A stretch of 64,000 bases of DNA from Camelus ferus. Lineage: Eukaryota. The notes below the pieces were generated by a model. The model worked only from the letters and a program-made list of their open reading frames with translations. It was not told the DNA's origin and did not search any database. Location: contig NC_045696.1 of the NCBI RefSeq assembly GCF_009834535.1, forward strand, positions 77,936,001 through 78,000,000. Reading direction: 5' to 3'. The position numbers were made by a program, and so were the translations under genes. Shown here piece after piece: positions 1 through 13,272 of this stretch. Position 1 is the stretch's first letter. The number at the start of each line of letters is the position of its first letter.

Positions 1-414
1 GTCCCTTTATTACTTGAAAAAGGTAAATTAACTGAAGGGCAGGGGTATTAGGGAGAGTGGAAGGACCTCCGTAGATTTATACAGGTTTATTGGATATGTC
101 TCAAGGTCATTCATTCCGTGCATGATACATTTCTAGGACAAACATACATTTTATGGTTTGCTCCTCAGTTAATCTTTTCTATCCCTCGTTCTGTAAAGAC
201 TTGTTTGATTTAGTTACAAAATATTTTGAAAATTTTCATTTGTCCCCACATCTCCATAAGGTCAATATTATGTTTGCTCTCTTTGTATTCATTCCTAGTT
301 TGCTGGCACACTCAACTTAGATTCAAATATTTAAACATTTTAGGGTTAGAAGGAATCTTAAGAAATCACCTGTAAGAACCCCTCATTATACAGAGTCCTA
401 CAGAGGTTAAAAAT

Positions 415-790
415 CATGCAGTAAAATTCAAAGTCCTCACCATGGTCTATGATGAAGTGCATCCTTCCCTCTCTGACCTTATTCCTGATCATTTTTCACT
501 TTCCTCCAGCTTTGCTCGACTGTTTGCTATTATTCAGTCACAAAACACAAGTTCTTGCCCCAGGGTGTTTGCATTTGTTATCTCAAGCCTAGAAATGCTT
601 TCTTTCAAATATCTGTGGAACACTGACTCTTACAAATGAGTCAGTTTTTTCCCGCTCATGTTACCTTCTCCATTAAAGGCCTCCTCCATAACGCAGTGAA
701 ACTACACATACAACACCCGCCCCCCCCAGCACACTCTGTCCCCTTACTCTGTTTTAATTTTTTTCAGAGTATTTATCATGATCTTAACTT
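415..790 (+). mobile_element. L2 LINE 3' fragment (short MIR piece just upstream, ~337-410)
   Basis: L2-like pyrimidine-rich blocks: aattcaaagtcctcaccatggtc, cccagggtgtttgcatttg, catgttaccttctc. Boundaries approximate. Confidence 0.6.
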
Positions 791-1136
791 GTATGTATTT
801 ACAAATGAATGAATAAGACTGTAATGTTAGGGTTTTAATACCCAAGAGTGACTCTGAATGTCTGCTTGCATTCTGTGTTTTCACTTTATGTGTTTTTTTC
901 ACAACACATAAAATTCTTTCAAATAAAATCAAGTAAGAATCCAAGAGTTAATCCAGGAGATAAATGACATTATATCTTCACATTTTAATTAAGACTGTAG
1001 AAGATAGATGATCTAGCAAAAAACAATCAATGTCCCTGCAATAAGTATTCAAACCTCAGTGGCTTCAAATAAATTCTAATGGAAGACCAATACCAGGAAA
1101 CAGACTTGGCACATCCTCTGTCCCTCATAAACTACA

Positions 1137-1342
1137 TCACTGGTTTTACACTTTAGTGTGCATCAAAATTACTTGGAGGGCATATTATAATAACAGATTT
1201 CCAGGCCCTACTGCCAGAGTTTGATTCGATATGTCTGGGGTAGGGCCCCAAAATTTCTATGTTGCATAAATTCCCAGATGCTATTGATGCTGCTATTTAA
1301 AGATAAAGAACCTAGAACTTGGCACTGAGCACTTAAAACCAC
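1137..1342. mobile_element. MER5A-like hAT-Charlie MITE
   Basis: gtgtgcatcaaaattacttggaggg...acagatttccaggccct...tctggggtagggccc...ttcccagatgctattgatgctgct resembles the MER5A consensus. Confidence 0.8.
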
Positions 1343-1724
1343 TTTACCTACCCTAATTGATGAGTTCTATGTGGAAGTAATGCTTTTGTCTGAACTGCAT
1401 ATGGATTCAGGCAGTAACAATTTGTATAAAGTAATTTAAGAAAACATTCTAGATATTTTGAAAATATAACTTGCTTTTTTATGCAAACAATTAAAACAAG
1501 AAGTAAACACTGAAATAAATGAGGTATAATTTATTCCATATTTGTAAGTAAATATACTATAGATAATTTCTTATTAAATACTTTAAATCTTTAATTATGA
1601 TCAGAACATTTCTACTCTTAATTTTCTGTGAAAAAAATTCATCTTTTTATGTGGGATGCAGACAGGCAAGAAAATGTATTGGAAATGAATGGTAACATTT
1701 GGTATACTAATAAAGGTCTTCTAT

Positions 1725-1865
1725 TTTTTTTTTTTACATTCTTGAAGCATAATTTATATACAAAAAATGCACACATTTAATGCATACATCTTGATGAGGT
1801 TGGACATAATGTCTGTGATACTATTATTTCAATCAAGGTACTAAACGCACCCATGATCTCCAGAT
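1725..1865 (-). mobile_element. Old L1 (L1MA/MB-type) 3' end
   Basis: Poly-T followed by ttgaagcataatttatatacaaaaaatgcacacatttaa...ttgatgag, typical of an L1M 3' terminus in reverse. Confidence 0.65.
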
Positions 1866-2080
1866 TGTTCACAGATTTTATTGCCAGTTATATGCAACCC
1901 CTGATCCTTGCTTTTTAATTCCTTTCTTAAAATGATCATTGTAAGATTCCTTCTAAAGGAATTTTAAAAGACCATATTGTCCAACCACTTAATGTTCAAC
2001 TTGAGGAAAAGGAGGTGTTCATCTTCACAACACTTTTCCAATATGGACGTCAGAACTTGAGTGACTGTCAAGTTAACTTT

Positions 2081-2159
2081 TTTTTTTTTTTTTGGCAATA
2101 ATATACTTTTTAAAAAAATTGAAGTATAGTCAGTTTACAATGTGTCAATTTCTGGTGTA
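2081..2159 (-). mobile_element. Severely 5'-truncated young (camelid-type) L1 3' end with 13-bp TSD
   Basis: Reverse strand reads TACACCAGAAATTGACACATTGTAAACTGACTATACTTCAAT...poly(A). TSD tcaagttaacttt at 2068-2080 and 2160-2172. Confidence 0.9.
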
Positions 2160-2334
2160 TCAAGTTAACTTTGGAAACAATTATGTTTTCAAAAGTGCAC
2201 TCAAAATATTTTTATTTATTAACATTGGCTATTAATAGAAAAAAGTTTTTACATTTGGAATTCATCAATTGTATGTTCCAAACCAATCTCCAAATTAAAA
2301 TAAGTGTTGACCAAAACTACATTTACCACCTTAC

Positions 2335-2358
2335 CTTATTCTAATGAATATCTGAACT
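2335..2358 (-). other. Candidate micro-exon, 24 nt
   Basis: ttgactgtttcag|AGTTCAGATATTCATTAGAATAAG|gtaagg. Splice-site pattern only. Confidence 0.35.
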
Positions 2359-2544
2359 CTGAAACAGTCAACAATTTTTAAGTGAGGTTGGAATCATTCA
2401 AAATGTTTTATTCTTTTCTGTGACCTTTGATGTACACATGAATTTAATCTCATATATCCAAAGGATATCATCCAAATGACTGTCTCCTCAGCAAAGGTAG
2501 AGGATGAAAAGTGCTACAATAAACAGGGCTATATAGGAATCAGG

Positions 2545-2910
2545 CAGCACTGCTGGCCAGAAGGGAGTGGCACTGTATATTCACAAAGTCCTGAATGAGA
2601 AACAGATGCAACCTAGGATGCTGTACCCAGCAAGACCATCCTTTAGAATTGAAGGAGAGATGAAGAGTTACACAGAGAAGCACAAATGAAAGAATTCAGC
2701 AGCACAAAGCCTACCCTAAAAGAAATACCAAAAGGTCTACTCTAAACAGAAAAGAAGCAGGAAGCTACAGAAAAGAGAAAACCACAACTGTAAATGAGAT
2801 AACTACAATGAGCTGCAAGAGAATAAACATGAAGATGTAAAAGAGGACACCAAAAATCATAAAATGTGGGAGAGGGGAGCAAGAAAATGTAGATTTTCTT
2901 TTCATTTTTC
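2545..2910 (+). mobile_element. L1/HAL1 ORF1 C-terminal fragment plus downstream spacer
   Basis: Translates, with frameshifts, to ARREW...KVLNEKQMQPRMLYPARPSFRIEGEMKSY...KPTLKEI.KGLL*, the conserved L1 ORF1p C-terminal domain. Confidence 0.85.
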
Positions 2911-2911
2911 T

Positions 2912-3476
2912 CAGGCCAAAGAAAGCAGAAGAGACCAGAATCAAGTGAAGTGGTCAGAATATCTCACTCTAAAATACGCCACTGCAGCCTAAGACCTGTT
3001 TTGAGCTACAGGCAATTCTCTCGCTGGCCTGCCACTTTCTGTCAAAAAGGAGGGTACAAATGTCCCTTTGTAAAGATAACATCAATTTTCATGTGTAAAG
3101 ATGTGTCCCTTTCCTTTATCAGGATGAGAAGGATGACTCTTAATCACCAGCTTGAGTCTGCACAACCGTACTAAGTAATATTATCTTTCTTTTGTTTCCT
3201 CTGTATATTTACCTTCCCCCTAGAAACCCAAATACTCCACCCCTCTTCCTTGGCCTACTTACTTCATAATATATTGCTCTTTGTTAAAATGGTATATAAG
3301 CCCCCAGATTTAACCTCTTCTTTGGGGGTTTCACTTTTTTTCTGTGAGACCCCCTGTGCATACAAAATAAAACTCTTCTCCTGTTAATCTGTCTTTTATC
3401 AGTTTGACTCACAGATTCCTAGGCACTGAAACAAAGACAGCAGAGGAAGAGTTTTGTTCCTTTTCTTCCTGTGCAC
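2912..3476 (+). mobile_element. Solo LTR, ERV1 class (MER34/MER39-like), 5' end unclear
   Basis: TATATAAG at ~3293, AATAAA at ~3366, then ctcctgttaatctgtcttttatcagttt, a U5 motif shared with the LTRs at 6237 and 33908. Confidence 0.8.
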
Positions 3477-4005
3477 ATGTGAGTACTTCGGAAGAGGGGG
3501 CGTTTCTCATTTTCATGATGGTAAAGCTGTAAGAGATTTCAGGAATCATCTAAGTACTGGCAATTGTACCTTTGCAAGGCACCATGGAGTGGGGGGTGCT
3601 GGTGAACAGCCTTGGGTGAAAATCACCAACTGGGTTCGGCCAACGTCTGTATTTTGTACGTGAAAAAATAAAGGTACAGAGGATCTACTCTATCCCTGAC
3701 CTCCCATTAAACAATTCAAACGTTTTTACATTTTTCAAAAAGACCTTGCCTGGTTGATGGTGGGCGTGTATAATTGGGTCTGGGAGTTTTCACTATAACT
3801 ATCTGTTTTACTCCTTTATCTCTTTTTTTTTTTTTTTTTTGGTAATTTGGAAATATTACCTCTTCTGTGAGTCATACTCATCTCTGAACATCTAGGCAAG
3901 TTCAGTTTTCCCTCTCTCATTCCCCTATAATATGCTTTTCATTTATCTATATATTACAAAATTGGTAGCATTTTTAAATACTAGATTATCATGGGAAAAA
4001 TAGAG

Positions 4006-4536
4006 TATTGATAAGAACACCCAGAGAAGGCCCAGAACAAAAGCAGGATATTCAGAAATATCAATTGTGAAATTAGTATTTATGGCAAGACAAGAAAAAC
4101 TTGAACATAAAATTTTCTTCTCTGCCTCTGGCCTCCTCTCCCCTCACTGTGCGCTGTGCATCTGTGCTGTGCATCTGTGCTGTGCATCGACCAAACCTCC
4201 CCCATCAGCAGAATACTTGCTCAGCCATGAAGAGTAACATTCTCCTGGCATCAACAAGACAACTCCGTAAAAGAGAACATTCCTTCTTGATCTTGTAAGG
4301 GGTCACATGACCCACCAGGATGCTGCTTAGATCTGGATTATGTAAACTGTCAATAATATGTCACGTGATGTACAGAACCTCTGTCTCAGAAAAACTCATA
4401 TAACTGTGCCTTAATTTCTAACTGGTGGGACAGTTCTTAAACCTTTCTGAAACGCTATTCCTGGGTAATAATCGTCAAATTAGGCTTAAATAAAATTTTC
4501 CATTTCTTTCTCAGATCAACTAATTTTTTGTCGATA
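4006..4536 (+). mobile_element. Solo LTR, ERV1 class (MER41-like architecture)
   Basis: catataa TATA-like box, cagttcttaaacctttctgaaacgctattcctggg R motif, AATAAA at ~4489, ends ttgtcgata. Contains a short (ctgtgcatctgtg)n tandem. No TSD resolved. Confidence 0.75.
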
Positions 4537-4974
4537 TATTTATCAAGCCTGTTTGAGAACACACTTGAATCAAAATGAGTGCCACCTGAGATGGGCACAA
4601 TTACTCTAGATTCTGCAGTATGTGGAAGGAGGAAATGGCTGGATAATTTTCCCCAGGAGCCTTCCAATGCATGATTCTGAGAGAAGCGTTTAATAATTTA
4701 GCCTGCCTTTAGGCTTTTGTGGACTTTTTGTTTTATTTTATTATTTTGAGAAATATGAAACAGAGGACATATAACTGAATTACTGGAAGAATTACTATAT
4801 TGATTTGATTCCAGGATCAATCTAATGCAATCCATCCACTCCCTTAAAGAGAATTTCAAGAACCTTCTTTAAAACGAACAGAGCAGAAGGCTGTTTAAGC
4901 AGAAATGGATTCTGCCCCAGTGAGGTTTCCCCAGCTCCCCACCCCCATTGACAACATGTATAATGTTTATGAGA

Positions 4975-5110
4975 ATTCACTCTGAAACTAGAATGCTTGG
5001 GTTTGGATTACAGCTCTGACACTAAAGAGCTGTGCTGAACTAAAGTAACTTATTTAATCTCCCTGGGTGTCTGTGACTTAATCTTAAAAAACAAAATAAA
5101 GAATGGTGAT
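4975..5110 (+). mobile_element. MIR SINE fragment
   Basis: gcttgggtttggattacagctctgacactaa.agctgtg...aagtaacttatttaatctccctg resembles the MIR core. Confidence 0.65.
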
Positions 5111-5583
5111 CATTAGAGATATCAAGGTTTAGACACAGGTTTGATACAGGTGAACTAAGACAGACAGGCTTTCAGTCACCTTCCATTGCTCTCAAGAGTG
5201 TAAAAATTTAAGTGTCTGAGCCTTAATACAAGCTACAAACTATAACAATTTAATCTGAGTGCCTGAAGCTGAACTCTTGTACAGCATCTCCTTTTTCAAA
5301 CAATATTAAACCAAGTGGAAAAACAGACTATCCTGTTCTGTGTTCTTCTTCCTTTCCAATTATCTGCCCTCTACACTACGAACATCTCTCATTGACCCCA
5401 CTGTTTTTCATCAACCAACACCAATTAGGCTATTATGTACCAATCAGTCTTAAATTCAGAACGAAGGCTGGAACATCATCTTCCACGGGTGATGAGAAAG
5501 CGAACAACCAAAGCAACATTACAGATTTCACACACAGTTCTTCCGTGTGCTGCATTGCTCGGAGGGAGGCAAATGGTGCTTAC

Positions 5584-5609
5584 GATTCAATCTCATAAAG
5601 TTTCCGCTT
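5584..5609 (-). other. Candidate micro-exon, 26 nt, in a locally CpG-enriched unique segment
   Basis: tgctcgcatccttccctaatgttcctag|AAGCGGAAACTTTATGAGATTGAATC|gtaagc. Phase 0 reads KRKLYEIE(S). Confidence 0.4.
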
Positions 5610-6236
5610 CTAGGAACATTAGGGAAGGATGCGAGCATTCAATGTACTTTAGAAATACAATCCAACCACATATTGTACTTGTACAAGAACTTAACATTGC
5701 ATCTCTAATCATGCAGTGTACAATAACCTGACAAAAGTGAAACTCTTTTAAGCAAAAATTTACTTGAAAAATTTGCCAGATGCCCCAAATCAGACAATGT
5801 GTATGTGCTACCCAGCAAAGGGTTCTTGCTCCTGCCTTGAGGCCCATCTACTTGAAGTCTGGTGCTCAGCAGACAAAACAAATCCGATCTTTACTAAAGT
5901 TTTTCCAAAATATACAAAGATGATTGTATTCATATTTTCAAAAATACTTCTATTTACTTCTCTTTTCTTGTCTCACGTTCTCTACTTCTCCACCTCACCT
6001 GAGTCCCCCAAACTCTTCCCCAAACTAACCAATGCAGAACTCCCAATGTCCTTTTCTCACCTCCCTTTATACCCTTTCCATCTATTTTAGTTTCTTTCAC
6101 CACGACGCCCCACCATTTCCAGTGTAACCTGAGCAAGATTCTGAGGCTCTCTAAGCACTCAAGATCATCCATTACACTGATCTGCATTAAAAGGCTCAGG
6201 AGCCCATAGGGCCAGAAACATTTTTCCCAAGGCTGG

Positions 6237-6799
6237 TGAAAGACAGCAGAGTGTGCCACCTCAAATTGTATCACTTTGGCATAAGGATTATTTTGACCCG
6301 AATTCAATTGAGACACTTACTTAAGATTAGCTCTCTGCCCTCCTCCTTTGCTTAAAAGCAGGATATAAATTTGTGAAGATGTTCTCCCTCCCCTCTCTCC
6401 TGGGAAGGACAAACGTTAATTACCAGAAACAACACTAGATCTTTATCAGCCCAAAGACAGCATCAGAAGCACCCACATAACTAACTTTACTAACTAGCTC
6501 TTATCTTCCATTATTTACTCCAGATATTTACCATCCCACAGTTTGTGGCATTTAGAAACTCAAAGTCCTTTTCCTTTGTCACTTGAATACGAATTTATTG
6601 TTCTGTTAAGATGCCACACAAGCCCAGGCTCTAACCATCCCTTTGAGTCACTCATCACTGAGCTTTCCCTTCTGTATGCCCATGTCAACAAACTTCTGCT
6701 TGTTTTTCTCTCATTAATCTCTTTTGTCAGTCTAATTTGCCAGGCCCCAAGGAAACCTAAAAGGGTACAGGAGAACAGTTAAGTGTTTCCTGCTCTACA
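6237..6799 (+). mobile_element. Solo LTR, ERV1 class (MER34-like), 4-bp TSD
   Basis: TG...CA ends. TSD ctgg at 6233-6236 and 6800-6803. MER34-like start (gtgccacctcaaattgtatcactttggcataaggattattttga) and end (tttcctgctctaca). Confidence 0.9.
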
Positions 6800-8178
6800 C
6801 TGGCTTTGAACACTCAGATATTTTGTCTAGTCACAGAGTTTTTAAGGCTCTTATTAGTGAACATCAGAATTTCTGATAACAGATAAAACTAGAAACGTAT
6901 TACACACTAAACATTCAATTTTTTTCTGGTCAGACAGCTCTAAAGGATCTTTATAAAGAAGTGATATTATAATCTCATTTCACACAGGTTCCCTCTTCCT
7001 TATTTCAATACTCTATTTAGAATTTTTTATAGTGCCAGTGAGTCGGAGCTTCTGTGGAGGTGTGGAGAGCTAATAGGTTCACGTTTAATAGAAATTCTAG
7101 AACTGAGATAATTACTGAATCGGCTTTCTTAAACTCATTATCCCACTCAGTAGAAGTTAATGTATCTTCACAATATTAATTGAACCAAAATACATATTTT
7201 TCCTTAATTTGAAGGCATCATATATTTCAGCTGACAGCATTATGATGATGAGTTTTAAATGCAAAAGTGACTATAATACTAATTTTTCTTCTAGGATTAT
7301 TATTGAATTAAATAATTTATGGTCAATGATTAATGGTGCTAATTATGTCCACTTTCAGAATTACTTCAATGATTATTTATTCTCTTCTTCTGGGTAATTA
7401 ATTAGAGCCGAAACATCTTAGTTTACATTGCCTTGTCTCATAAAAAGGAGTTCATATTATCTATTGGACATTTTAAAAACCATTTTATTTGGGACAGTTT
7501 TGATGGCTGTCTATATTATTTTTCTTTTTTTTTTTTTTTCCCCTCTGCATTTTGGCTGCTAGTTTTCTAACTAAAATTTCTTAACTGCTATTCATTATTC
7601 AGCTACATTCCAATTGTAACTAACTTATGAAGGTTTTTATCACTTAATGTATCCTGAAAAAATTGCTTAGCACTCTGTAAAGTCCCACTTAACACTGATT
7701 TACCCCTCAGTTTTATATTTTTAAATCTTTTATATTTCAAAGATAGTATTATACAATCATTTAATGCACCAGTTTAAATGACTCAGCCTCATATTCATAT
7801 TTGTTTTCACACATTATCATCCATGTAGGTCCATGTAGCGACTCATAAGCACAGTTTTCACACTTTTTTTTCCCCACAATCATCTCATTTAATGCTCTTT
7901 GCATAATGGAAGCCCTAAATTATTTCAAAACCATAAAATAAGAACTGTTTGCATGGAGAAGAGAGACTTAGCTACTTTTCATGCTAGCTATAACTTTGTT
8001 CTTTCGTTGAGTTTAATAGTTATCTGTATACAGTTAAGAAACCTATATATTATTGAGAAAACCCAGCATTTTATTCCACCTAACTTTTTCCAAAGTGAAG
8101 AAGACTTTCTTCCCTTTTACAACAATAATCTTGTCACTAGCACAATACTTCTTATATTACGTAACCTCTACCACTTAC

Positions 8179-8198
8179 CGTCATGATGAAGTCCAAAG
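8179..8198 (-). other. Candidate micro-exon, 20 nt
   Basis: aatatttttgtttag|CTTTGGACTTCATCATGACG|gtaagt. Strong donor and T-rich acceptor. Confidence 0.45.
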
Positions 8199-10502
8199 CT
8201 AAACAAAAATATTATTTCCAGTAACAAACTGCTGATTTAATTACTACAAAATGTTGTTTTCAAATGCAAATGATGTCTCAAAATTAACTAATTTTGCTAT
8301 ATCTAATTGTGAAAACTAGTAATTTGAGGAAAAGCCTATATATATATATACACACTTAAAAATGCATCTGCACCATTTTCTATTTTATTTCTCATCACAA
8401 TACTCCACTGTACATATTAATTCATTACTAAAGCATTAAACAATGTATTTGCCATCTTAGAAAATCATTGAAGGAATAAATGTATAAAATTTCTCTGCAT
8501 TTGTTGATGTATTTATTTGAAAAATATTTCTGATTGGAATTATTTTTCTAAGGGTATAAACATCTTTATGTCTCTATGTATTGCCTTACCTCTAGTCTTC
8601 TAAAAGGGTTACATCTACACACATTATCAATAACAGGAATTTAGCATACACATTTTAGAACAATTTTACCAGAATCTGGTGTTGAGATTTCTTCCCTTAG
8701 TTCTGCTTTGTATTATGTTGCACTATTTTGGTAGTTTTAAAAAGCTGTTTTAAGATTAGGTAAAATTACATAAGTTACTGCCTGGTGAGATTTTTTTGTT
8801 TAATTTTTTAGTTTGTTTTAGTATTTCTCATTATGTTTTTTTTAATACGTTTTCTGTATAAATTGCAGTTGAGCTATTTTACTGTGTTAGCAATGTTAGA
8901 TGCTATTCCATTTTATCTTATTAAAACTATGTGTGTGTGTAAACGTGGGTGCACAGGCCTACATTCACACATGTAGATTGAGAAGAAAGTCAAAGAAAGT
9001 CAAAAAGGAAAAGTTGATTTAACAGTTATAATCCCATAAGAAAACTTTTCTACTTAAAAGTGTTTCCTTTTGATCAGTTGTAATGTTTATCACTTATTCT
9101 AAGTTTACTCTACTCAATGCCCCAAAAGGAAAACTCATCAATATTCAGTCTCTAAAACTTTTCCTGTACTTTTTTTCCCTTAGCCAAGTGAACTGTAAGC
9201 ATTTTCCTGCAAACTTCACCATGTATTTTTATCTTGTAACTCTGTAGAGATCCTTTACTGTAACCAGTTTTGAACCTGGATCTACACTAAAATCAAGACC
9301 ACTTTAATGTCTGCTCTTTTGATATATCTGCACTTATCGACTCATAGTTACCAGAGTTAAAGGAATATTACTTTAGCACATTTCAAAGTCACTTTTTGAA
9401 TAATGTATTTTGGACTAAAACCTGCACTGAAATGTCAGCCTTTTTTTCTGAGGTATCATAATAAAGGGAGGATGTTTGGCTCTAAGTTTTGGAAAAGCAT
9501 TTGCTTTTTAGACTGTTCAATTTTATTTAAAAAAAAAAAAAGATGTATATGTTTGTTGTTTGGAAAACAAAAGCAAAATATTTCAAGGTACGTATGTACA
9601 GATAAGTAGTTAATAAGTAGGCTATGTGTGTTAAATACAAACAGAAAGAGATGGAGGGACCAAGAGATATCAAATATGTGAGAGGCATTAAATGCATATA
9701 AGAGAGCTGTACACTAAATACTCAAACTAAAAATATATGCACAATTAATATTTATGAAGTCTTTAATTCTCCTAGCTGTTGGATTTTGGCTCTGTGTGTC
9801 CTTTGCCTGAGAAACACAAAACCTCTGGTTCAACAGGCTAACTAGAAAGCTGCAACTATTAGGCAGGCATACTTGTCCCTATGTCTTTCTCATAGAATAA
9901 ATGTATAGTACACCCACCCTCATCCCTGCCTTGCTCAAAACCACAACTCTGGACCTCCTAACTACACAATCATTGGAGAAAGCGGATGTGACAGAGAGAC
10001 AAGACGTACGAACACTGTGTACCTCAGAATTCAGGTATTGTGGTCTTTCCAACGTGCTTGCACATTATCCTAAGTATGTTAACCTATCCCATCTTTCTCC
10101 CCTCGCTTCTCCCTACTGTGTTCTAAATGGATTTAATATACCACGTGATCGAGCAATTTAACTTGGTTTGTAAGGCTCTCTATTTTATAACCTCTGGGAT
10201 AGCCTGCCTGGTAGCATAATCGGAGGCTACCTTCACAACGAGGTAATTTTCTAAATGACAAGTTTCATTTCAGTTAGTGATCACAGCCTCGAAATTAACA
10301 TACACCACATGTTTGGGGGTTTTAATTGAAAATAAATTGTTTAATTATTAGATATACCAGGAATTAAGCAGTGACTCAAAATCCCCTACTACTTGAAACA
10401 ATCAGATGGAGATTTTCAAGAGTAGCTAGTTTAAAAACTTTTTGACAGAAGAAAAATGAAGAATGCATATGTTTTTCAAGAATTAATTTGGGCCTTTTCT
10501 TC

Positions 10503-10986
10503 TGCCAACTGAAAATGGGCCCTTGCCATCTGCCTCTACAAGGACTGAATCACGTTGGCACTTGCCACCTACCTCTGCTGTGATTGAATCACGAGGCGCT
10601 GCAGCCCTGACCTCCAGCACTCCCTGAAAGGAGGTCAGGGTGGAGATTAGGAGTGAGGCGCTCTGTACTCTGGGAAAACTGGCAGGGCAGACCTCCAGAT
10701 AGTTAGATATTTTCAAGAGAAGATTTTATGAGCCTAAATTCTCGCGTCTCATAAGGCACTAAAGTCATTAATGGTGACATCTGCGCCTCTGCCTACATGT
10801 GTACTTGACCGCATGCACCACTCCCCCTTCACTAGCATCATACACAATACTGACGTCCCTCCTGCCTCTTCAGAGCAGTTCCTCAGAGCTATCTGAGAGG
10901 CTGATTCCTGAGCTATAGTCCTCATTTTGGCCCAAATAAAACTTAACTTACAACTTTCATGTTGTGCAATTTGATTTCAGCCGCTA
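10503..10986 (+). mobile_element. Solo LTR, ERV1 class
   Basis: Degenerate terminal inverted repeat tgccaactgaaa...tttcagccg. R/U5 block gagcagttcctcagagctatctgagaggctg...cccaAATAAAacttaac. Confidence 0.8.
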
Positions 10987-11060
10987 TTGCTGTTTTTGAG
11001 ATAAGCATTCATTTAAGCCTTATGCAATGAAAGAACTGACTCATTAACGGGAATACTCAC

Positions 11061-11083
11061 ACCATCTGAGGGTCCCTTCATAT
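11061..11083 (-). other. Candidate micro-exon, 23 nt
   Basis: ttatccttatccaacatgcag|ATATGAAGGGACCCTCAGATGGT|gtgagtat. Confidence 0.35.
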
Positions 11084-11919
11084 CTGCATGTTGGATAAGG
11101 ATAATGCCAACCACTGAGTTATTTCAAAATAGTTCATTTCTTGGGAAGAACAATTAATATCTAAGAGATTACCCCCAACCTCAAGACAGCAAGCAAAACT
11201 ACCACTCTGTCTGGCTGAATTCTTTTTTAATGAATAGCTGTCCAAATAGTAAGATTTATCTTTTCCTCTTTGATCATGTGACATATAAACAGCACCTTCC
11301 TTATAATAAAGCCCAATTTAAATAAATGCCCAACATCCATTTACCCACTGAACATTTTGCTTATTGTGAGTAATGTAAATTCCAACACAATAAAATACGA
11401 ACTACACACCACTCCCCCCCCCACACACAATCTCTTTTGTGTCACCTTCTGCATGAAAAGGGAAAAGAAAAACTAAGAACTTGTAAAGGGTGTTCTACTA
11501 GTTGTTTAGACATCGGCTGAAACTACAAGTTGAATATGATTTAAATATAAGGAAAATGTCTTCAATTTTACAGTCAAATGACTTTTATCAGTATCAGGAT
11601 TTTGAGCAGAGCCCTGGGCGTTTAGAAGAAGCTTGCTATCATAAACCACTGTTTGTAGGATTCATCTAGTCTTTTAGAATCTGGCTATGTTAACTCATTA
11701 TTTGACTCTGATCTTTCCTGCACTTGGAATTTTCAGATCAAGCTCTGGTTTCTTGCCCCCAGTCTTCCATAAACCCTGCAAGTTAATCTTCTAGTGGGTC
11801 TGACAGCTGCTCTCTTACTGTTGGCAAATCGTTGACCAACTAGTCAGTGACGTTATATAGTTGTTTTAAAAATAACTCATTAACAAAAAAAATTAACCAT
11901 ATTTTCACCTAATTTTTGG

Positions 11920-13170
11920 ACATCTTAGCTTGTGACTGCTTCTCAGACAGAGTCACATTCCACCTGCCCCCCTTGACTGGCCATCAAATGAAACCGTTTC
12001 CCATTCATCATTCTCTGATCATGAGCACTTCTGGTTTGCTTCTTCAGCTTTTCCCCTTACACACTTTTATCACTTGCTGGAAAGCCCCCAAATCCCTGTC
12101 TTAAACTCATGTTACAATTCACTTTCATTTTCCCCTAAAATGTCTCATCTATAACCAGTCCTTTAATTTGAGCATAGATGAAGTTGACTCAAAACTTTCC
12201 CCGCAGTCCACACTCTCCTCTGAATTCCAGACTGGCATACCCAACATACAATTTCTTCTCTTTTTCTGAATATTTGCAAGTATCACACTATACGTCCACA
12301 CCAAATGAAATAAGAGTGTGACTCTAAGCTGCTCCTCTTCCTACAGTCCCTTCTTAGTGCAATGCCCTTCCAATTCATATGCTTATGCATGTCAGAAGCA
12401 AAGGAACCATAGGCCACCTCCTATGCCCAATTCAACAGAATGCTGCTGTCTCTTCCTGATACGTATCTATTGATTCCATCTACTTGGTTTCACCTCTATA
12501 GCTTCAGACCAGCATCACTTCTCTGAGCTATTGACAAGCTCCCCCACTGCCCTCACTGTACCTGTTCTTCTGCCCAACTAACTTATCTTCATCTCTGCAT
12601 CCAAAGTGACCATTCTGAAACACAGATATATATGATCTTTGTAGCATTTTAATAGCTTCTCATTGGACCTACGTATCTAGAATCCCAAACATGCCTGTAA
12701 ACTGTCCCACTTACCTTCTGCCCTGTTCTATCATACCACATTCTCTCCTCACTCTTTGCAAAAGATACAGAGGTTTTCTTTAATTTATTCCACTTTCCCT
12801 TATCTGTTCTACTCGTAGGGTAATAACCTATGCCATTCACTCTGCATCTGAAGCACCCGACAAGTTCTCTAAGTCAAGTGCTACTCATGCCTCAGATGAT
12901 CTATTGCTCCTTTCTCAGGAAAGTTCCCCCTGACTTTGCCTGCTCCATCCAAGTCTAGGCTGGATTCACCTACTATACAGTGCTGATTATACCATATAAA
13001 TATATTTAAATTCTACTTTACTTGTAAAAATTATTTGACTATTCATTTCCTCTCCCAGGCCTGGGGCTCCATGAGGCAGGGATGTTATGTACTTTGTCCG
13101 CAGTGTTTCCCAGTGCTTTAACAGAATAGGTACCCCATAAACATTTGCTGAATAAAGCAGTAAATGAGTA
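11920..13170 (+). mobile_element. L2 LINE, long decayed 3' portion
   Basis: ctctcctctgaattccagact, ctaagctgctcctcttcc, and terminal gctccatgaggcagggat...cccagtgc...ataaacatttgctgaataa. Confidence 0.8.
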
Positions 13171-13272
13171 TAGGAGAAGACTGCAGTTTCCTAAACTTTC
13201 TGTTGTAGCACAGGGTTCCACATCAAATGGTGTCCACGCAGGGTTTCTCTGTGCTTGTTTCTGATGGCTTAC

